Shown: positions 13,451-27,790 of the stretch, in pieces
Position numbering within the stretch: the stretch's first letter is position 1
How the letters are laid out: each line of letters opens with the position of its first letter
The notes under the pieces: generated by a model
What the model was told of the DNA's origin: nothing
What the model saw: the letters and a program-made list of their open reading frames with translations, nothing else
Databases searched by the model: none
Translations under genes and position numbers: made by a program
Source of the DNA: Lama guanicoe
Lineage: Eukaryota
Assembly (NCBI GenBank): GCA_013239625.1
Contig: MU053802.1
Location: 200,905-264,904 of the forward strand
Length of the DNA stretch: 64,000 nt
Direction: 5' to 3'

Positions 13451-14027
13451 GCAGACCCTTAAAAATAAACATCAGTTACTAATGAAATAAGTTGAAGGTT
13501 AACAAATGGCAAAATTCTAAATTCTATGAAGTAAAATAGCTTCCTAAAACACTCTCTGAGAATTATTCTACTATAGCAATTTTTGAGTATAATTAGTACT
13601 TGAGCAACAGAAAATACATAGTAGAGAACATAAGTCACATAGACAGCATAACACTCCAACTCAGCAACTGAGCTCTCTGTTTGATTTGAAAGGCCTAAAT
13701 TTCATTAAAAGTGCTTTGTCAGTTTAACATTCTGATTGCTTTGGTAATCATTTTCATTGAATTTTTTTATGATTTAGGAATATTAAATTTTAAATAATTC
13801 ATATCATTTTAACTTTTACTTTGAATCTATTAATTTGATAGGAAATGTGAAAATGTGTTTTTTACATCTCAAAAGCCCGGTGTCAGTTATAAATGTCAAT
13901 TAGTATTTTTTGTACCTTGTGGCAGCAATATTTGAAAGTGGTTCTAGTTGTAAAGTTAAATCTAGTTTTATGAGGGGCCACACAGAGGATAGGAATTAAA
14001 AGTCAAAAGGTATAAGCTGAGAATTCA

Positions 14028-14128
<101 letters not shown>

Positions 14129-15707
14129 CTGAGAATCAGGCACAGGAAACTGTCCATAAGCCTCTTAACAGAAAAGAGAACAGAAGAGCCATTCCTGGCC
14201 TGTATCTGCTCTGTATCTGTATCTGATCACTGATCTTCATGTGGTTGTATTTACACACTAACACTCAGGCACATGCAAAAGGGTACATCCAGTGCCACTG
14301 TGTGTGAATGAATACCATTCTGAAAAAGCAATATTGCATTCATTAATAAGTTAATTTCAGCAAAATGGTAGATTGCCAAAGACATACTTTGGGTTTGTTT
14401 TCTTTGTATACTCTTTCACTTTTTCATAATATTTGTTTCTTTAAAATTTTAAATGTTGGGTTTTTTTTCACAGTACTACGACTGTAAAAAGTTACATTTT
14501 TATCTAATGAGTTCCCCACCTTTCTCTTATGACTACATTTGCCAAGACCAAAAAAAGAAAAAAGAAAAAAAGTGCTTCCTATGATACATTGGGGAAAACA
14601 AAACAACAGTATTTGTACGTACACACAACACTGCAGCTGTTTGCTATGTGATTTTGTCACTAAAGATAAAATACCATCAATAAATATATATTAAAAATTT
14701 TTTTAACTTTAAGTTAAAAATGAAAATTAAAAAATTCACACATCCTTAGCACAGCAAAAAAAAAAAAAGATAAAATAACAGCAGCAAGTTCACCCAAAAC
14801 AAACAAGATTCTCTTTGAAGAAAAAGCAGCTCTACTTGGAGGACTTTTTTGATCAAGAAGAATATGTTTCTGAACTTAATTTTTCTTTTTTTCACTTTTC
14901 ACAACTGTTATTTTAGCTTCTGGCTATTGTTGTATTAATAGATTTCTCAACTGCCTATTAGTGTTTGGATTGTAATGTATTTCTTGAAATTTGAAAATAA
15001 CGTAGAGTTAAGCACATAGATCTACATCTGTGGTTCAGAAGCAGAGTGTTTCCTGAGGTTTAGTTTAGGTTTCAGTGATTCATGTTTCACAAGTTCAGCA
15101 GCCAAAGATGGCCACTTTTACAGCTCATTTTGAAACATCAAAATGTAAAGGTGAGATTTAGGATTTCAAATTCAAGATTTGAGTTAAAAAACAGAACTAT
15201 TACAACACTTACCTATTTTAATTTTATTCCAACTGACACATTACTGCCAAATGTAAAATATCACATCAAGGAAAAAGTTTTCCAGAAAGACAATAAAGAA
15301 ACTGAGTGATGCCACAGAGTATAATTTTTCCTACATGTGATAAGGAAATCTGATACACTCACTTGAGTATTAAAGATGAAACAATCAGCCTGAAGTTACA
15401 GAACCCAAGTCCCAGAGTTAAGTGTGTTAGTCCACCTTATAATGAATTCACACAATAAGCAGTTTTCAATGAACTAAGCAGGCCATATGATGAAACCTAT
15501 GTTCTGCAAGTCTCTGGTTTGTCTGTCTGTATCACAACCTTTCTCAGGAAATACCCTACATTATCTCAACCTCTGAAAGAAGCAACTGTTAAAACTCTTC
15601 TTCATAAAAAATGGTCAGTATATTTTAGCATATTCAATTCTAAGGTGAGGTTTTCATAAAGGTATAGAGCTGATTTTATAACTATTAATCTATAACCCAC
15701 TAGAGAG

Positions 15708-16190
15708 TTTTTTTTTTAAGGGCTCAGCTTTCTATTGGATGTGTTCCTACAGAAATTTAGTCAAAAAGACCAAAGCCCATGTCGTGATCAGACTCCTTGG
15801 ACTCTTCTTTCTCGCTTCCACTTTCTTCTCGGCAGCAGCGGCGGCGGCGGCGGCGGTGGGCCCACCGGCCTCCACGTTGCATATGAGGCTCCCGATGCTG
15901 ACGTTGGCCAGAGCCTTTGCAAACAAGCCCGGCCTGAAAGGCTCGAAGTTCACTCCAGCTGCTTTAATGAGGGGGTTGATCTTGTGCTCCGTGACAGTCA
16001 CTTCTTCATCGTGCACGATGAGGGCCAGCAGATGCAGGCGAGCTCGGAGACCGAGGCCATGGCGCGGGAGAGCCACAGGCGGGCGCTGCCGGGCGCGGTG
16101 CTAGTCGCTGGATGAAGTGAGGGCCTCACCCCAACGCAGCCTTAGTTCCCTCGGAAGAACCGAGCACCTTGGCGGCAGCTGAGGAAAGAG
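15708..16190 (-). pseudogene. RPLP1: Processed pseudogene of 60S acidic ribosomal protein P1
   Basis: Intronless, with a 5'TOP-like start CTCTTTCCTCAGCTGCC. ATG at 16060 (MASVSELACI), then LIVHDEEVTVTEHKINPLIKAAGVNFEPFRPGLFAKALANV and terminal DMGFGLFD* (stop 15757-15759). PolyA remnant at 15708-15717. It carries two frameshifts and a shortened Ala/Gly hinge. Confidence 0.96.
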
Positions 16191-17471
16191 AAAATCTATC
16201 TAATTCTAGATGGCCCTCAGTATTTTGTGCAATATCAACACTCAAAACCTTTAATAATTTACATTAATTTTAATGAGGTGTAAATACAGCATTAGTATAG
16301 CAAAAAGATGAAAGAATTGTTTCATGAAATTGTAGCCAATAATGGTAATTTCAAACTAAATTTAGAAGTCATGAAATGATCGGAATGATTAGTGAGTCAA
16401 AGATCAATTCCTATAAAAAGCATAATCCTTCTTATCATTGAAAAATACAACACAGGGCAAATTTGACATGAAAAGTGAGCACCAAAACAAATCAAAATGC
16501 AACATTATTACTATAACAGTCACAAATGTACATACAAATACTCAAAAAAAGTCTAATTTCAGGAATGCAACTACAGATTTCAGTATCTTTGGGCAAGTTC
16601 CAACTTCAGTTTTCACACCTCTAAAGTAATGAAGTACATGTTCTTCAAAACCCCTTTAAGTTCTTATATTCTTTTATCTTAGGATTACACACAATATACA
16701 TTAGCTCATGTGTAAGTTGTCAATGCCTTCCTGATCGCCTACTTATAAAGCAGTATGCTGAGTGTCACGAGGGACACAGAAGTAGGCTCCCTGCCCTCAT
16801 CAGTGGCGAAGGCAGACATTTCAACTGGCAGTGAAATGGAGCTATTACAGCTGTTGCAGAGCAAAGTCCCACTGTGGGAAGCTCAGAAATGGGTGAGAAT
16901 AAAGTATGTGATAGACTTCCACTGATGAGAAAGGAAAGACGTTCAAGCAGCTAAAATGTCACAAAAACAAACATGAAGATACGACAGTAAATGGAGAAAG
17001 ATAGTTTAGCAGGATAAAACAAGTGAAATGTAAAACTTTGAAAATAGCCAAATTAATAAAAGAATATGAGTACACATATGAATTTGTTACAAACAGAATT
17101 TGAGCAATGAAATAATAAGTGACTGGGGCTTTGGGTGTATTTGTTTTACAAAATTGAAGCACAGGAAACAGAAAAGATGTATTGATCTGAATACATTATA
17201 TATTTAGAAATATGTATATCCACTCCTACTAGATAACCAGAGGAAGGAAGGACAGTCTAGATTTGGCCTTTTAAATACTAAATACACATAAAGTACTAGG
17301 AGGGACTTCAAATGTAATCAAAACTTGTCAAACTAAAATTAGAGTAATTCAGAAGGAAACATTGCTTAAATAAGTCATAGCTAAAAATTATGGCACTATC
17401 CAAAAATATATAGAAAAATAATAATCTATAATTTTCCTTAATGTCAGTTAGGGCCAAAATTAAAACCCATT

Positions 17472-17768
17472 TTTTTAAATTGAAGTGTAGTTAATTTACA
17501 ATGTTGTGTTAGTTTCAGGTATATCACATAGTGATTCAATTATACTTATACATATTCTTTTTTTTATTATAGGCTGTTACGAGGTACTGAATATAGTCCC
17601 CTGTGCTACACAGTAGGACCTTGTTATATACTTTATATATAATAGTATCTGCAAATCCCAAACTCCTAATTTATTAAAAAATATGGAATTTGCATGTAAT
17701 CTTTGTGCAGGGACCCTGCTCATATCTGCATCTTTCCAATTTTATATATGTGCCTCTGAAGGAAGCAC
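17472..17768 (-). pseudogene. RNU6: U6 snRNA / L1 3'-end chimeric retrocopy
   Basis: The minus strand reads GTGCTTCCTTCAGAGGCACATATATAAAATTGGAAAGATGCAG...GCAAATTCCATATTTTT (U6-like, ~17676-17768). This is fused directly to an L1 3'UTR ending ...TAAATTAACTACACTTCAATTTAAAAAAA. Near-TSD AAAACCCATT / AACACCCATT. Confidence 0.88.
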
Positions 17769-19793
17769 AACACCCATTAGTTTTTAAGTTAAGTTAAATT
17801 TCTGGGAAAATGTGGTAGAAACAAAGCCAGATGTTGTAATTCTCCCAAAACCTAGTAAAATACATATTTCTACCACCCACAAAATATGTGTCATTAGGGC
17901 AAGAACTATTTCCTCCAAAGGAATTAAGGAGTTATTTTTACTTCCCTACATGAACTATAATAGAAGGTATTCAAATAGCTATAGCTGATTAGAGAAAATT
18001 TCTCTTTATAGAAGAATTTCAGCCAATAAGTGTAGAAGGAATAAAAGAAAAGAATAATAGAAAATCACAATTTTGCAATGAGGAGAACTTGTACAATGCA
18101 GGGACCTGGCCGTCACCACCTAAATCCACTGATCATAATAGCATCACTAAAGTGGTAGATCCAGGCACTTGTACCCCTTGATGTGATGCAGGGTAAAGTA
18201 GACAGCACACCCTATGTTCTTAGCAAACAAATAAACAAAAATGGAGGCTAAATTTAAATATTCAAATGTTTAAATATGAGTTTAAATTAACTGGAAATAC
18301 AGAGAGAAAAGCATGAAAAATTTTACAATGAAAAATCTTTTAAAGTATCCATCATTATTTGGAGAACTACTGTGACTGTAACTTGACTAGATTATGGGAT
18401 TTGTGGAGACATGTGGGAGCAGAAGAAGTGGCAGGTGGAAGCTGTGGTAAGCTCATGGAATTCCTTAAATGTTATATCAAAGAATCTGGATTTTATTCTC
18501 AGGCTAGCCTTTCCCAAAATGTGTTCTGGGATGTTGATATACATTCTTCACTATTAAAAGGGTGAGATGGGTATTTCATTTTTTAAATAAGTTTAGGGAA
18601 CATTGTATTCTATATTCCTTTCAGTTGGCTGAATACCAGTATTTTGTATTCTGTATTCTGCTTTATTAGATCACTAAGAAATTCTCCACCAGAATAAAAC
18701 AGACTTTTTAAAAAGTGCTTTGATGTTCAAAACTCTTCTTACTCCTGCTAAATTCCTAATTCTTTAGATCAGAACTGATACTCTCTAGCACAGCCTAAAA
18801 TTGTGAATATTACACCATATAGACAGTAAATGAAATAAGGATAAGATAGACATGGTTTCAGATTCTGAGACCAGTTCCCTTGGGATTCACATCCAGACAA
18901 CAGCATGGTTTAGATCTCAGCATAGAAAGTGAACAGGCTAACACAAAATGCAATCTGTTCTGGAGCACATTCAGGTCTGTAGTCACTAACTTTTCTTGGT
19001 AGCATTTCATAACTTTTATTATTACTGTTTTATTTTTCCTAAATTTGCATGATTATTTTTTCTTATTTATATATCACTGTTGATATGAATATCTTACAAC
19101 TTGCATACACTTCAGACAAGAAATATTGAGTTTATGCCCCCTATGTGTGTGTCCCTAACATCTCTATGTTCTTAATATCCTGGAATAAAGCATCTTTGAT
19201 TTGGAAAATTAATTCTTGAAAGTAGGCACTTTTAAGTATTTTATTAATAATCAAGGGAATTAGAACTTTGAACTGAAGACTTTAAAAAGAAACTCTAAAA
19301 TATACAGATAGTGATTAATATATTCTATACTTTACATATTAACTAATCATGAAGCCAGAAGGCAATTCCTCTGAATGTTTTCTTATATATATCTTTGGAA
19401 GGGTCAAAAATATTTTCAACTATTTTTAATCTAATTAATTCATTTGCCAATAAGTGGATTTTATTTCAAAACAAACAGCCATGATATGTTTTCATGTGAC
19501 AAAAGTTTATGTACCTCCATGCTTGATAAAATCACTGTGTGATAACAATGTACTGGAAATAAAGGTCAACAATAAAATAAACACCTAATATAATTTTTTA
19601 ATAATGAGAAGCTGAAAATAAATTGCAATATTTCAAATGTTCCAAATTACATTCTAAAAAACTTACATTGAAAAGCAACTAACAAAATCAAAATGAATAA
19701 TGGACTTTCAGAATCTATCCTGTCCATGCTGTACATCTTAATGGCAAACTGAACTGCTGTAATATTCACTGTGCACCAAGTCAAGTGTCTGCA

Positions 19794-19949
19794 GGGTGGG
19801 GAGGGTATATCTCAAGCAGTAGAGTGTGTGCTTAGAATACGGGAGGTCCTGGGTTCAATCCTCAGTACCTCCTCTAAAAATAAATCAACTTAATTACCTC
19901 TCTTATCCCTACCAAATTAAAATAATTAAATAATATGATTTTTTTTAAA
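19794..19949 (+). mobile_element. tRNA-derived SINE (vic-1-like)
   Basis: GGGTGGGGAGGGTATATCTCAAGCAGTAGAG...GGTTCAATCC. TSD AAGTCAAGT(G/A)TCTGCA at 19778-19793 and 19950-19965. Confidence 0.9.
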
Positions 19950-19984
19950 AAGTCAAGTATCTGCAACTTTAAACACTAATAAAC

Positions 19985-20065
19985 TAGATCCAATTCTTCT
20001 CATCCTCTCTATAAGTTGATAGATGGCCCCATGTTTCTTTGACATGCCATGGTCTCCAAATTCAC
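19985..20065 (-). pseudogene. TLL1: TLL1 exon 3 equivalent
   Basis: 81 nt reading (G)[26 protein letters not shown], versus human [27 protein letters not shown]. The donor A|gtttat is weak. Confidence 0.9.
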
Positions 20066-22044
20066 CTTAAAGAATAAAGGACATGGTTAAGTTAAACTCA
20101 CTGTAAATTAAAGTTCTTTTAAATAAGCCACAGGAATAGGCTACAGTGCTCTCTCTGGAGGTCTCTTTTTATGTGGCCTTATGAATATCTATAAATCTTG
20201 GAAAAGGGAAAAATTCTACAATAACAAATTTTAGCAACAAAAACTAAGTGGGTAGGAGAGACCCAGAGAGCAATCCAACTGACTTTTATTTGGACATCAT
20301 GGCAACAAAGTCATCTATTGATAATTTGAGCCATTTTTCTTCACTGTGACCTTGACATCACATAGTATTGTATAGGATGACAGCACATTGTTCTGTCCTG
20401 TGGAGTGCATTCCAGGTACTTTCCCAGTGCAAACTAAAAATTTTCAGATGCCAAGTCCGCAAATGGGAATAAAGACATTAGAAGAGCATGATGTATGTCA
20501 ATTACTTTTCAATGAAACTGGAAAATAAAAAGAGCATGTGTATAGCGCAAGTTTTGCTCCAAAGCTTAGATTTCTTAAAGCATATGATGTTTTGTAAGAT
20601 AATCACATAAAATTTGAAAATTAGTTTCTATGATTTATAAAAACCAATAATTTATAATTAGAATAAAGTCACAAGGTGAGATTCCAAAAGGATGTCCACC
20701 TGCAAAATACATTCTGTATGCTATGCAATTTGCAAAAATTATTTTAAAAGATGTAAAGAATTTCATAGCTCAAAAGGTAGAGGAAAGAGTGGGGATAAGG
20801 AAATATGTTTTCTTGTAATTTTAAGAACAAAGTTATAATTAGAAAGCAGATCATTTGGTGAAAATTGAACTCTAATTCTCATTCCAAGACTTTAATAAAA
20901 TACCTCAAATTTTATCCCCTGTTTTGCCTTCTCCTTGAATTTTCGATTGACAAATAATAAAACATATCATTGAGCAAACAACTAATATGATCAGTAATGA
21001 TATCAGAACAAGGGTTTCATGAGCATGTGGACACAATGAAAGGGGACCAGAAATTCATGGAAACAACAGACTCTTCTGCACTTTGAACTATTTCCTTCCA
21101 ATGCCCTTTCCCTCTTTAAGACTAAAACTTAATTACCTATATTCAAACTAATGAAAAACAAAAACAATATCAAAAATTGTTCTGTATAAGCCTCATAGGA
21201 AAATCAATTAAGTCCTTAGAATGCAAATAGGTCAGAGTGCTTGTTCCCTGACTAACAGTCTGCTTAATTATGTGCATTACATAGTCACATTTTTGCTGTG
21301 CCCCTTGAGAAAATTTTTGAAATTTTTTAATTGCACATTTTAGAAAGATGAAGTAATACTTAAATGTATTCATTCCTAAGCAGTTACAAGAAACATTTTT
21401 AAAGGATGGTAAAAATGTATTTGAAATGACAATTGTGTAAAAATTATATTGCAAATTAGGCCTGAAACACATATATATAGCAATAGAATGAGGCTAATCC
21501 TGAGGAAAAATTAAATATCTTAGTTACTATTAAGGTGATTATAAGAATGAGTAATTATAGACTAGGGAAAAACATTTTAAGGTTATCAAAGGCAATAATG
21601 TTTTAAATATTTTTGTAATTTTGAATAATTTTTAAAGCAATTGAGATAAAATTCTGAGTAGGTAGTTCACTGAAATAGAAAAAAAGAAAATTCATAAGTG
21701 ATTATTTCTCACATATTCTAAAAATTCTAAAATGAAAAATATACAAACCAAATGAATATTTATGGGAGAGACAACACATTTTGAAATAAAAAATACAGTT
21801 CAGCAAAAACTAAGAAGGAAAGGAAAAGATAGAGTAGGGAAAAGCTAAAATACAGACTACTTCCACAATGTTTGGAATCCAACTGAACAGTGCAAATTAC
21901 TTTTAAATTCATAACATTCACATATATATTTTGAAAATACATTTTTTAATGATTGATAGTGTAATCTTATTTTATGCTATTTATCTAAAATAATGGTATT
22001 TTCTTCCAAATATTACACTTTCAGAGTTTAACTATAAATGAAAT

Positions 22045-22648
22045 TGATGCAGGTAAACAGATGTGGGGATGAGGACTGTCATGTCCCAAGTCTCGGTTGA
22101 GCCCCTGTGGGTCCTTGGCTTCATGCAGGAAAAAATTCAAGGGCGAGCCACAGTTGAATGAAGGTAGATTTATTCAGAGAGATACACTGAAAGGCAAGAG
22201 AAAGGCCATGAATTGTGGGGGTTGGATGCTCAGATTAAAGGTAGTACACACTCCTTAGACAGAATGTGGGCTGGTCTCTGAAGAGGGAGGGAGAGAAAGG
22301 GGTGGCCTTGAGGCACATGTTGCTGGTTTTTATGGGCTTGATAGCTTCATATGCTACTAAGCGGAAGGACCAGCCTAAGGGGAAGGGGCTGGGATTCCCA
22401 GGGATTTGGCCATTTCCCACCCTTTGACCTTTTGTGGCTAGCCTTGGGACTGCCATGGTGCCTGTGGGCATGTTATTCACCACCTCTCTATTACAATGGG
22501 CATATAATGAAGCTCAAGATCTGCCAGAAGTTAAATATCTTCATCCTGAGCCCCAAGGCCTACTGGGGTTTGAATCTTTCACCATTTTGATGTAATTGCT
22601 ATAGCATCCCTTGAATGGCTGTGCCCTGCCCCCTTCCATCCTGTCTCA
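22045..22648 (-). mobile_element. Solo LTR, ERV1-type
   Basis: TG...CA termini (minus strand starts TGAGACAGGATGGAAGG), a 4-bp TSD AAAT on both sides, and AATAAA on the minus strand near 22170. It is GC-richer than its flanks. Confidence 0.85.
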
Positions 22649-23286
22649 AAATGACAAAATTATATAGTAGTAAAATATTCTAAATCACAGAAAATAAATG
22701 CCCCAGTCCAAAGAGAGGAAAATGAGTTAAAGAAATGACTTGAATAGGTCTTGACTCCAACCATTTTTAATAAAGACTGAAAATGGAACATGGTAAGTCT
22801 AAGCTTTTGTTGAGTTGTATCATTGCTCTGTTATCTCAAATCCATTGTCTCTGTGTCAGTGTTAAGTGTGAGATAGCAGTTTAAGAGTCTGTCAATGAAC
22901 GTATCTACAGGAATGCACTATCTGTGATTACACTACAAAGCAGTTTTCCTCCTATATTTGGTCTCTGTTTTAGAAAAGCCTTTCATGGCTCATACTTTTC
23001 ACTATAACTAAGGCTAAAGCATATTATTTTTAAGAATGTATTATTTTAAATGATTTCCTCAAGTTTTATTATCTTAAATTTCTTACACATAATAATTGTA
23101 TTTCAAGTATATACAATAATGTATTTATCCTCAAAAACTGCATGCTAACCTATTTAACATTAAAAAGCTATGTTGTCTACAATTAACCTCAAAATATTTT
23201 ATACCTCCTTCTGCATGTATGCATGCACACACACACACAGAGCAAATAAAGCAAACTTAACAACTATTGAATCTTCAAGGTGTGTG

Positions 23287-23489
23287 NNNNNNNNNNNNNN
23301 NNNNNNNNNNNNNNNNNNNNNNNNNNNNNNNNNNNNNNNNNNNNNNNNNNNNNNNNNNNNNNNNNNNNNNNNNNNNNNNNNNNNNNNNNNNNNNNNNNNN
23401 NNNNNNNNNNNNNNNNNNNNNNNNNNNNNNNNNNNNNNNNNNNNNNNNNNNNNNNNNNNNNNNNNNNNNNNNNNNNNNNNNNNNNNNNN
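23287..23489. other. Assembly gap (N run)
   Basis: Run of N, entered through a TG repeat. Confidence 1.
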
Positions 23490-24265
23490 TGGCATTGGAA
23501 TGAGGAGAGATTCAATAAAACCAAAAAGCATGACATTGAATAAATGTTTTAGCTATAACAACAAAAAGAAGTTTTACATTTTTAACCTTGCGATTTTCCT
23601 CTAAAATAAAATAGAATAAAAAATATCAAAATAATCTATTTTTTAAAATTTTAACAAAAATATTTTAAAATGAGAACCCAAATAATTTTTTAAATATTAC
23701 AAATCTCATATAAGCATAATTCAAACATGTTCAAACAATTAAATTGAAGTTGTCTTCTGGGTTTTCATAAAAATTATAAAGATAGAAAAGTTTTTCTAAA
23801 TAATCTTGTGCATAATTACTGTAAGAATAATTTACATTTTGCATCTCAGCATCCAAATAGGAGGCAACTGAATACAATGCTCAAGAGGATGAAATTTGGC
23901 TTTTCTCAGAATTGAGTTTTGGTCCTCACTCAGCCATTTCCTGGCTACATGAAAATAAGAAAACTACATAACCTTGTAATCCTCTACACTTGAAAATCAC
24001 AGTAATATTAGCAGCTACCCTCATGGGGTCATTATGAGGATACAAAGAGTTAACACTTGAAAAGTACTTAAATCAGGCCTGGTATGAGGTAAATGCTTTG
24101 TTGTATACATTAATTAATAAAATTAAAACTATGAACAAAACCTAAGTTTCATATAGGCTCATCTATATCAAGGGAATCAAGAGTTGATGAGTAGGCATTA
24201 AAAATGCTCCCAAGAGCATTTTAACATTTGAAGAGTAGATGAATGCAAACTGAATCAAATAATCA

Positions 24266-24400
<135 letters not shown>

Positions 24401-26749
24401 TTAGAAGGTAAATTACTTAAGAACAAAAATCAGTGCAAACAAAGCTAATAAGAGAAGTATTGCAAATATAAAGAACTGTAGTCCTTATAGACATATTTCA
24501 GAAAGTAAGGGTAACCAAACATAGTGCACCTGTTACAATGTAATATGAAAGGATGTGACTCTTGTTTACTTTGATGTTTGAGGGGAGAAGGAGAAAGTCA
24601 TTTCTTTGAATGGAATGGTCTCTGATTTATAGAGGATCCTAAGGAAAGAGAATTCAGCAATCATGGCTCATTTGCAAATAAGTGAAAATCTGATAGGAAT
24701 GCCTGAATTCACAGTGCATGCCCGTGATCAGCAGCGGGTCAGGAAAGAGAAATAGAATTAACCTCTGAACCATGTGCTATTATAATTTTATAAAGTGAAG
24801 TGTAATTAAGACAAAGGACTATTATGCTGTTACAGCAAGTCATTCATCACATTTTTATACGTTGTAATGCACTTTCTCTAAAGACCGCATTGACTCAGAA
24901 TCTCTATTAAATGAATAAAAAACTACCAAAAGTAATATTCATATCAACTTTTTTTAAGGTAATGACTAGGTGCTGGTGTTTGATTTTTAATGACAAATAA
25001 AACATCCCTATTTTCAGGAGCATCAAAATCATTACCCTGATCCTGGAAACACTCTGACTTTATCTTTTATAATCAGGAGTTTATGCTACTTAAAGCAAAG
25101 CTCTATGAACCACTGTGAATTTATTTAAAACCAGTATGTAAATTCTCTACTAAGGTCAGAAATGTACATTTGCATAACAAAAAATGGCCTCCTTGTTTAT
25201 TTGAGTCTAAAAGTAGATTAATCAATCTCTCTGTACTGCCAGATGTCAAAATATAATAACTTTAGGAAACATAACAAACTTAAAAGAGTAAATTAATCAT
25301 GAAGTAGTAGAACATTGATGAATGCCTTGGAAATTCTGGGATACTTGTTTCTTGATACAGGTTACAAATTTTCTTTTAAAAGCTTTTGTTCAGATTTTTC
25401 TCTTGCAAAACCAAAACGGCAAGGAGGAATTTATATTAAAAATTTAAACTGGAAATTGACACAACATTGTAAACTAACTATAACTCAATAAAACAAAAAT
25501 TTTTTTAAATTTAGAAAATGACAAAACTCATGCTTTTCAAATCACTGTCTTTTACTAAATTCAAATCTTAATACGTATGAATTTTAGCTATGAAGAACTA
25601 ATTAATAGTTAGTTTATAAAAATTTAAACTTCAATCCCGAAAGCCATACAATGCTTTAGAATATGAGCAAAAACTTATCGTATAAAATTGTATGCTTAGT
25701 TTAGTTCACTTATACAAAACTGATACGAAAAAATACTCAATAGAATCCTCACATCAACCCCTCCCTTCTGCCCCACCCTCAGTGAAAGGCAGAAGGAGAG
25801 CGATGCTTATCATCTTTCACTAGCACAGACTCTGGATGAGAGGTGTCCATAGGGCAGCTCACAGCGCTGGCTGAGGAGTGGTCCTGATGCCTGACACTGA
25901 ATCCACATGCTAACCAGCTTCATACACACGCAGCAGAACCTCTGAGTCTCCACCTGCCCTACAGCCAGTTGCCCTAAGAAGTAGATGGCCTATCCAAATA
26001 AAATGCTTTGCAATTATATAAAAGGCTTGTTAGTTTTTATAAAAATAAATTTTGCGCTGCCTTTTTATTCAAGATTTTTCACTATGCTAAGGAAAATCAA
26101 AGTTTACTAGTTATTTAAATCTTCCATCATGTGTATTTATTATGCAAATCATTGTGAGTGCTGACTGGCAGTGAATCTCAGTCTGGCTCTTCCTTCCCTA
26201 GGGACAATTAGGGACACTGAATAAGTGCTTCTCTAACATTTATTTGCCCAGGAATCCCAGTGAATCTTGTTAAATTGCATGCTCTGATTTAGTAGTTCTG
26301 GGGAGATGCCTCAGATCTCCATTTTTAACAAGCTCTCAATATTACAATTAATTATCATTATCATTACCTTTATTAGTATTTTTTTAGTATTTTTTTCTGT
26401 GAGAATAAATTTTACTCCTCTCTGAATCAGGTAGTTGATTTAAAAGCTTAGCACTCAACCAAATAAAATATAGTTTTCAGTACTACGTTTATATAATAAA
26501 AGTAGTAGTAAGAAGAAACTCTAATATGTTTTAGATTTTTATCTTCTTGAAGTGACTTTTTCCATGCAATAGGATTCATGCCTTGATGGATTTTTTCAAA
26601 CAAAGGTCAGCAGTCCAAGTCGATAAAACACTTCACAGAAGAAAAACATTACTCCTGGAAGAAGAGGTGGTTTAGCAGTCGGTTGTGGTTTTGTTTTAGG
26701 CGTGAGGAGGGGTGAGCTCGTGGTCCCACTACTCCACCAACTTGACTGG

Positions 26750-27280
26750 AAATGAACTTTTCTATATTGATGAACTTTTACAAAGTGAACACGCTTCTGT
26801 AACCATAGCCTAAATCCAAACCTGTCAAGTACTGTGAAGTCTCCTTGTGTCCTGTCCCAGTCAAATAATCTATTCACTCCAGAGTTAACTACTGTTCTGA
26901 CTTTGTGATCAGTGGTTAGTTTGGCTTGTTTTTGAATTTAATAGAAACAGGATTATATATCTGCTCTCACCTTCCCCTGATGCCTTCATACAGCATTGTG
27001 TTTGTGAGATGTATACTACTTTGTGTGTGGCATTAGCTTTCTCATTTTCACTGAAGTTTAAGATACTATCATAAGAATATACTGCAGTTTATTTCTCTGT
27101 TCTACTGCTGATGGACATTTGGGTTATGTGCAGTTTGGGGCTCCTTAAATAATGCTGCTATGGTAAATCTTGTACATAGCTTTCCCTGCGCATAGCACAC
27201 ATTTCTTTCTGTTAGTTGTATACCTCCGAGTGGAGTTACTTAGCTATTGGGTAGGTGTGTTTTCACCTTTTCTTAAAGGT
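26750..27280 (-). mobile_element. Old L1M 3' region fragment
   Basis: Contains typical degraded L1M 3' motifs (CTGATGGACATTTGGGTT...TTTGGGGCT...AATAATGCTGCTATG...ATACCT..GAGTGGA). Confidence 0.65.
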
Positions 27281-27564
27281 GAAAATAGATACTTTCATCT
27301 CCTAGGGTGAGTTCTTTGGTCACAAGAGAAAAGGACTTTGTGAAAATGTTCCAGTTCCAGTAGCTTTTAATGGAAGCTTGTGGGGCCTTGCTGTCATTCA
27401 CCAGCACAGAGTAGCATGTCACAATAGCCTTGTCATAAGACAAGTGTCACATCCATTTTATGAGATCTACATAATAAGTAGGTCAGGCATCTTTATCCTC
27501 ATCATTCAAGTGATGAGACTGAGGTGAACCAACTTAGTGGCAGGGCTCTCACAAGAACCAGATG

Positions 27565-27790
27565 ATGACAGCTAACAATTTTACCACCTGCTTACTGTGA
27601 GCTTGATATTGTGCAAGGTTCTTTACGTACTAGATTTCATTTACTCTTACAGGAGCTTCATGAGGTATAGTCTCCATTATCATCCCCATTTCATAGATAA
27701 GAAACCTAGGCTTAAAGAGGTTAAATAAATTGTTCAAGATCACATGGCCGTAACCCAGCAATGCAGTTGGATTGTGAGGTCTTTGAACTC
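27565..27790 (-). mobile_element. MIR SINE remnant
   Basis: ATTATCATCCCCATTTCATAGATAAGAAACCTAGGCTTAAAGAGGTTAAATAAATTGTTCAAGATCACATGG matches the MIR core. Confidence 0.7.

Noticed and set aside
14424..14830. AT-rich stretch resembling a conserved 3'UTR with AATAAA and an A-run
   Set aside because: No associated coding exon or TSD was identified, so I treated it as TLL1-derived intronic sequence.
23170..23604. ORFs spanning the second gap
   Set aside because: Artefacts of the N run.
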